NCBI GenBank assembly: GCA_030704615.1
Contig: CM060732.1
Coordinates: forward strand, 9,300,001 to 9,364,000
Length of the DNA stretch: 64,000 bases
Reading direction: 5' to 3'
Source: Takakia lepidozioides
Lineage: Eukaryota; Plantae; Bryophyta
The position numbers and the translations under genes are program-made. The notes beneath the pieces are model-generated. The model made no database searches. It had not been told where the DNA came from and was given only the letters and a program-made list of their open reading frames with translations. Shown here piece after piece: positions 57,801-64,000 of the stretch (positions are counted from its first letter, which is position 1; every line of letters starts with the position of its first letter).

Positions 57801-58479
57801 GGGAACTCGTAGATAGCATTCCCATCCACAACATCAGGCAAGTTTCCACGGAATGGATTGGAGTTTTGTCGTAATCAAGCCTAAGAAGGTCACTGGAGCG
57901 GGAACCCGTTGTCTTCATCCTCCGCAATATGTCGATTACTGAGCGGACGGAAGTTGAGTCGGATGGTGTATGCTGAACACTCCTAGTGACGGACGACTTT
58001 GAAACATACGATGGAAGGACCATACAGTCTTCATCGTCACTGGATAAGTCGTGGACGACTGTTTCCCTGTTTTCCTGGATTTCGCTTTTCACATATTTGG
58101 GCTTCTCTGCTTGTGAAGAGGTACCCACATCCTTCACATCTTGCACGCCAGACCCTCTTGTGGAAGGAGGATCAACCAAGTTCCAGCGTGGGAATTCTTT
58201 AGGCACGATTTCACCAATGGCACTGTACCGGATGGATTCAGAAGCTGGGAGCCGCCACTCTTTGCCTTTTCCGAAATCTGCATGCAGAATGATGGCACTT
58301 TCCAGAAAATTTCCATAAGCATCCTTCGTCTCATCTTCCAAAAACACCGTTCCAGGGCGGAGCCCGAACTTCACACACAAGTACTGCTTAGTGACAATTG
58401 CAAATCCTTGGTCGCAGGGTATTTTAGCTTTCAGAGAATCAGGATGGAAGTACACGTTTACCCAAACACAGGAGTCCAT
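54888..58479 (-). pseudogene. Subfamily C MULE transposase
   Basis: Colinear with the B transposase (FMADNAQANWAAV, CGFH, TNMAESVH, SWIM); frameshifts near 57840, 57260 and 56110; stops at 57365 and 55722. Confidence 0.9.
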
Positions 58480-58727
58480 ATTGAAGACGGGACCTCTCGG
58501 TACGCTCCGCAGCGAAGTCCTGCAATGAGAAGAGTGTGTCCTACCTAATAACACAAATGATTTTCTGGAGGATTCCGTATCCAACAGGATGGGTGATCAG
58601 TGCACGTAAAGATGAAGGTGTGTAACGTACGTTACAAAAACGGACGACAACAGCAAGTTCACATCGGATATTTGGTGCCTGAATTGTAATGTACAACCAC
58701 TTGGGCTACAATAAATCAGGCCTTCCC

Positions 58728-60360
58728 ATGAATTTCGACACCGAAATCTGGATGAACATCTCTGTCATGTAACAGCTTTGGAAGCCAGGGGATGAATTCC
58801 GGCAACAGAAATCGTAATTTGTTCACCTCATGAAACTGACCAAGCACCCAACGGATGGATTTCGGTGCCGAAATTCGGATAAACATCTTCTTCATTAAAT
58901 TGTTTCTACACATAAGGGTTGAATTTGGGTGCCAAAATACGGATGAATGTGTTCCTGATTACAGTCGTGATTCACCACGTGTCCGGATATCGGTGCCGAC
59001 ATCCGAATGACAGTAATCCTGAATCGGCAGAATGGATGTATTTCGGCGCCGAAATTCATTCTTCATCTCCTTTTCCGACCCTAATTCTGCTGCCCTGCGG
59101 ATGGATTTCGGTGCTGAAATTCATTTGAAGTCCTTTTTGTTTTTTTTTTCTTTGCGACAGATGAACTTCGGTGCCGAATCTCATCCAAGTACTCCTTTCT
59201 AATTTTCCTTTTTCTTCGCGAGCAATGAATTTCGGCGCCGAAATTCATCCGAAGTCCTCCCGATTTTCTTTTTTTTCTTCGCGAGGAATGAATTTCGGCG
59301 CCGAAATTCATCCGAAGTCCTCCCGAAATTATTATTTTTCTTCGCGAGCAATGAATTTCGGCCCCCAAAATCAACCGACTTCATCCCTCCAAATTCTTTT
59401 CAGGGTTTGAGCGTCGGATTTCGGCGCCGAAATTCATCCAATGCCCTCCCTCCAATATTTATTTTTCTTTGAAATGGATGAATTTCGGCGCCGAAATTCA
59501 TCCTTACTGTCCACAATGAGTAACTCTAATATTACATTTTCTATGCGACGGATGAATTTCGGCGCCGAAATTCGTCCAAACCCGACACTTACTTTTTGCT
59601 TCTGGATGATATAATTTTCGGGTAAATCGTTGGAAATACCCCGTTCCGACGAAGATAACAGAAATATTCTGCATTTAATGGAGAAATTGGCATATTGAAC
59701 CCCTTCTGTCAAAATTAATTGCATTTTAGCCGTTTTTTTCATTTGAAACCGACAGTATCCATTAAGTGGTCTTTTTCGCACGGGACGTTGCTGCACATTA
59801 AGTATAATTTCGGCACCGAAATTATAGTTAAATGTCCAGAAATGGTAAGTCCAACAGACATGGACAGCATCCGTCAGGGGCAATGATGGCGGCAAAGCGT
59901 AGCATGGTGCCGATTTAGTCTTCGCTCTAGATGAATTTCGGCGCCGAAATATGGATGATTTCACCTCGTCTACCCACGGACGGAGATATTCGTAATGAAT
60001 TTCGGCGCCGAAATATGGATGAAATGTGCCCAAGTGCAGCCGTTTCCACGGTCCCGGAATTAATTCCGGCTCCGATATCCCACTGACAGGTTTGCTCATG
60101 ACGGATGAGGACTTGGGAAGCGATGAATTGCGGCACCGAAATTCGTAAGTTTGTGTATGAAAGCACTTGAATAGGATGAATTTCGGCGCCGAAATTCATC
60201 CGTCCGCTGATGAAACGTACCGATCTGACTGTTGAATGTCATAGGCAGGGGATTTTCATGGCGGTTGGGTTTCATGATGTGCGGATATTTCATTCAATGT
60301 CGGCTGCTCCGGGAACAGCATCCGGTGAACGGAAGGTATTTCGGTGCCGCAATTCGGATA
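58728..60360. repeat. Subfamily C intergenic palindrome array (ATGAATTTCGGCGCCGAAATTCAT)
   Basis: About 20 copies; several are perfect palindromes of 24 bp or more (59226, 59288, 59477, 60174). Confidence 0.93.
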
Positions 60361-60639
60361 AACCGTCTTGTACTGGTGGCTGGAACTGGCACGCGTCGTG
60401 TTCCAGTCGACTTCATCCGTGCGAACGTGTCAGGGGTCACAATCTCTTCATCACCCATACGGCAGAAAGTAGTGGACGGTGGCAACGCTTCGGGAGACGT
60501 GGCTGCTTACGCATCTGCTCGTGCATAGTGATTGCATGTTCCACCGCTTCGCTCTCTCGCTCCTTGCCCTTCTGCAGTGACATTCTCCTGCGTTTCCTCT
60601 CCTTATGCGGCATAGTGGTAGCATAGAGTTTGTGGAAGG

Positions 60640-61091
60640 TCAGGCGACTCTGGCAAAGAGAAGGAGGACGCGGGATTTTGGGAAGCCGCCGACGACACGA
60701 CTTAAGCTCCGTCTCATGCATAAAATGCAGACCTCGTTATCCGGAGACTCGGATCGCCCACCAGTGAGAGATTCGTGCTTCGCGGATGTGAAGCACTCCA
60801 TACGCAATATTCCTTTTACACCTTTTTTTTTGCGTGCAGTGTCTCATGTTTTCCTGTTTGTTTGACATGGGAGCTGGGGAGGGATCGCAGGGGGGCGAGG
60901 CAACATAGTCAACTTTGGATACTCCTGCCCGGGTGATGCGCTCGCAAGGTGGAAGTGCATTGAGGCAGGCGAGTCCTCATTCAACACCTCAGATATCGCC
61001 TCAGGAAAGCCCACCTAGAGTTCGGAAGCCGAGGAAGCAGAAGGAGCCCATGGCTTCGCCAGTAAAACCCCTAGGGAGACTGGAAGCGGGC
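60640..61091 (+). pseudogene. Probable 5' stub of the subfamily C ParB-MTase gene
   Basis: Position matches B; exon 1 ends CCA CCA|gtgaga as in B, followed by S/P/K-rich coding sequence. The ParB domain itself is not reached. Confidence 0.45.
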
Positions 61092-61410
61092 AATTGCGCT
61101 CTCCCTTTCCTCTCTGATCTGTTTGTTGTTCAAAGGTAGGCTTCCTGCCCTGAGTTTAAATTTCAGTCTAGTGCCGAGAGTGGGTAGACCCTTGAGGTCA
61201 TCCAAGATGTCCTCCCCCATGTCACTGACTGGAAACAAGTTCAGGGAAGTTTTTTGCCTAACTTCATTTTCATCAGACAATCTCATGGCAACAGACATGG
61301 CTTTGGACACTACAGCCTCTAAGTCAGATTTATCAACCCATATTGCAGATCCGTACTCCAAGGCAGCTCTAATAATGCGACAAAGCATGGTTTTCTTAAC
61401 CTCAGAGTTG
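61092..61410 (-). mobile_element. RTE-like LINE ORF2 C-terminal fragment
   Basis: KTMLCRIIRAALEYGSAIW...GTRLKFKLRAGSLPLN; homologous to 16750-17000. Confidence 0.65.
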
Positions 61411-62281
61411 ACCCCTCTGCAAAAAAAGTTAAAAAGAGAGAGGGAGAGGGAAGATATAAATGTCCCAAAAAAAAGAAATGGGTCGGTCAAGCATGGGGGC
61501 AAGCACCGTGAGGGTGAGCTAGAGCTGAAAAAACTTCATAATAACTAACCTCACCTAATCTCCAGCCCTGGCCACTACTATGCTTATGGTACGACTGCAG
61601 TCTCGCATTGAATCAACAGAGATTGGAAGCACGCGGCCCAGCAAGAGCATGAAACTAGGCTACTTCTGGGAAGCATAAATGACTGTAAATGATTGTTGTT
61701 GGTGATGCTCATCATCCTATGATTACCAGTACTAAAACCAACCAATATTTGACATCCCTGTTCCTCAAAACTTGTTTGGATTCGGAGGAACAGTCAATGC
61801 TGAGGTTCAATGGGAGACAAGACCAACACTCGCCACTCGCATCCACCGTATGCGTATTCTTGCAAAAAGTTTAGCCACTCAGCCCCACTTAGCCCTGCAG
61901 CAGTCAGCCACCTCCATCTTCAACATATCACTGGTGAAACCACAACATCAAGTTAGCCATTTGGGTTGAAATGCAGAACTCATAACAACACTATAGCTAC
62001 AAGGGTTGGAAAGATACAGACTTTTTTTGGAAGGTGTTAATTGTTATTGTACATACTACTGACTTAAATAAGTCAACTGGAGAAACAGAAGTGCAGTTGA
62101 CATACCCATAGCAATCCGAAGCCTTGTTTCCAATTTGAGTGTTGTTTTCAATTGAGATGTGAAGAGACAGATCTGTCACTTCCCAATTGTATCCTCCGTT
62201 TGACAGGATCTACACTAAAGGTAACTCCCTATGATGGCACTATATTTATGTTTGAGATTTCATTCATGGTTCACCCAGCTA

Positions 62282-62378
62282 ATAGGGCACACCCCTGAAA
62301 AGGGGCAGTAGCCGCAAGGCAAAGTGGCTCTTAGTTACGCCGGCTTCGGCCGGAGTCTTCTCTCTCTCTCTCTCTCTC
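62282..62378 (+). mobile_element. 97-bp structured retroposed insert (LINE/SINE 3' end) with (TC)n tail
   Basis: Flanked by 12-bp direct repeat TTCACCCAGCTA (62270-62281, 62379-62390). Confidence 0.7.
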
Positions 62379-63029
62379 TTCACCCAGCTAGGTAGGGCTT
62401 GCCATATTGAATACCTTGGGGCTTCAGGTCTGTAAGAGAAAAACACTGGTAAACAAGCTTGCCCCAGTCACAAAGTGGCAGTACAAAGAGCCCACCTATC
62501 AACAGACAGTAGCCTTCACGAGTGAAGCCTCCTTCATACCCTAGAGCTCCAGTCACCATTGTCTTCCGACACCACTGGTCTAGAACCAGATAAGCTACTG
62601 CTTAAAAAGTTCAACTGACAAATTATGTACCCTGATTCTGTTTACTGATGATAATGGTGCTCTTGAGCATGGAGCTGGTTAGCCATAACTCTAAGGGAGG
62701 CCATCCAAAGAAGGCACCCGTCGCTGGCAATTTACCCGCAGAGTACACCTGCAGGCAAATTGTCAACACTAGAAGTTTCTCGGGTATGTGAAGTTTGTGT
62801 GGCTGGGATGATGTTGGGGCAGTGCCTTCCAATATCCTTAGTAGGTCTATTTCCTAGTTGCAAATTTGGACGTGACGTGGCGTTGACGCGTCAGCGTCAC
62901 GTCCGACATCAGCGACGGACGTGCGTCACGTCACGTCCAAAACGGACATTACTATATATAATTATGTTTATTTTCTTACTTTACTATTGACTATTTACTA
63001 TGAGAACCGACGTGGCAACCGATGTGGCC

Positions 63030-63580
63030 TCATTACGTGGACTTCATTATTTATCTATAAAATTCATATATTATGATTTATATTGTCAATCATGCGACCG
63101 TCAGCAACGGTTGGTCTCACAATTTTTTTTAAAAAAAAATAGGTGCGATCACCAGAAGGGGGTGGTCGCACATTCTTACTTATTTTTTAAATGGGTGCGA
63201 CCACCAGCAGGTGGTGGTCGCAGCATTTTCATTTTTTTTTAATAGGTGCGACCACAAGCAAAGGGTGGTCGCACATTTTTATTATTATTTAAATTGGGTG
63301 CGACCAATAGCAGGTGGTGGTCGCAGCATTTTCATTTTTTTTTAATAGGTGCGACCACTAGCAGGGGTTGGTCACACATTTTTAATTATTTTTTAAATGG
63401 GTGCGACCACCAGCCGGTGATGGTCGCAAAAATTTTCTTTTTTGTTATTAGGTGCGACCGCTTAGGGGGGGTCGCACATTTTCATTTTGTTTTTAAAAAG
63501 GTGTGACCACCAGCAGGGGGGGGTCGCAGCAGTTTTTTTGTTTTGTTATTAGCTGCGACCACCTATAGGTGCGACCGCTA
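63030..63580. repeat. Array of spaced inverted repeats TGCGACCACC-N-GGTGGTCGCA with AT-rich linkers (~52-bp period)
   Basis: About 10 units visible directly. Confidence 0.85.
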
Positions 63581-63583
63581 CCT

Positions 63584-63700
63584 GGACACGTGGCGAGGCG
63601 CGAATGGGCAGCAGAGACGGCCGCGCGCCGCTCAAGGCAAGCCTCTCCAGGCAGTATATAAGGGGGATTGAAAATGCATGAGCGGTGAGCATGAGCGGAG
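63584..63700 (+). promoter_or_regulatory. Possible core promoter (G-box CACGTG, TATATAA) followed by CATGAGCGG motifs
   Basis: gacacgtggc at 63584, gtatataagggg at ~63654; motif match only. Confidence 0.3.
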
Positions 63701-64000
63701 TATTCCGAACCTTGCCCGAACCTACACCGAACCAGAATTAAAGAACCGAAAACGCAGGTCCCGACATCCCCGCGCACCGACTTCCCCATACATAACATGG
63801 ACAATTTGGGATTTTGTAAAAGCGCACGGAAATTGGGGTTTCAACGCCTATAGCCGTGCCCCAAGTTGCGCCGTTATAGTCGGCACCGACAACAACACAA
63901 CAGGCCAATGTGGGGTAAAACGCCCCGTGCGAAGCTTGCAGGTGTTGTAGTCGCCAACGACTACAGAAAGCATACAAAATTAGGAGGGTAATCATCGTCG

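Larger units (their letters stand above)
52828..61091. mobile_element. Copy C: diverged subfamily of the giant MULE, right part lost
   Basis: Terminus GGGGGTTGCTATTCCATGAGC with CATGAGC repeats, orphan gene, transposase (-), palindrome array and start of a divergent gene; cut by a LINE fragment. Confidence 0.85.

Noticed and set aside
62627-62748. Possible host exon on the minus strand (VYSAGKLPATGAFFGWPPLELWL...)
   Set aside because: Plausible AG/GT borders but no identifiable product or linked exons.

Overview
Eukaryotic, transposon-dense window. GT-AG introns, a plant-type hAT/Gypsy/LINE repertoire and CAG->TAG decay suggest a land plant, probably a non-seed plant (inference). It is dominated by one family of large Mutator-like (MULE) DNA transposons, present as five copies in four diverged subfamilies. 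Copy B (28447-44165, 15.7 kb, 8-bp TSD CTAGGGGG) appears intact. It carries (i) a ~1174-aa transposase with GCM/WRKY-like zinc domain, MULE DDE core and SWIM finger; (ii) a divergently transcribed 10-exon ~1390-aa gene fusing a ParB/Srx-like domain (DGNHR) to a beta-class N6/N4 DNA amino-methyltransferase-like domain; (iii) two head-to-head paralogues of an unrecognised ~185-aa family; and (iv) dense, helically phased arrays of a 20-22-bp palindrome in non-coding DNA and introns. Each subfamily (A/B, C, D, E) has its own palindrome arms around a shared GGYRCC core. Together this looks like a transposon-encoded ParB-MTase plus cognate-site (parS-like) system; that function is inference. Copies A, C, D and E are rearranged or pseudogenised and interleaved with Gypsy, LINE and hAT remnants. 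Exon structures and domain calls were made by eye; no searches were run.
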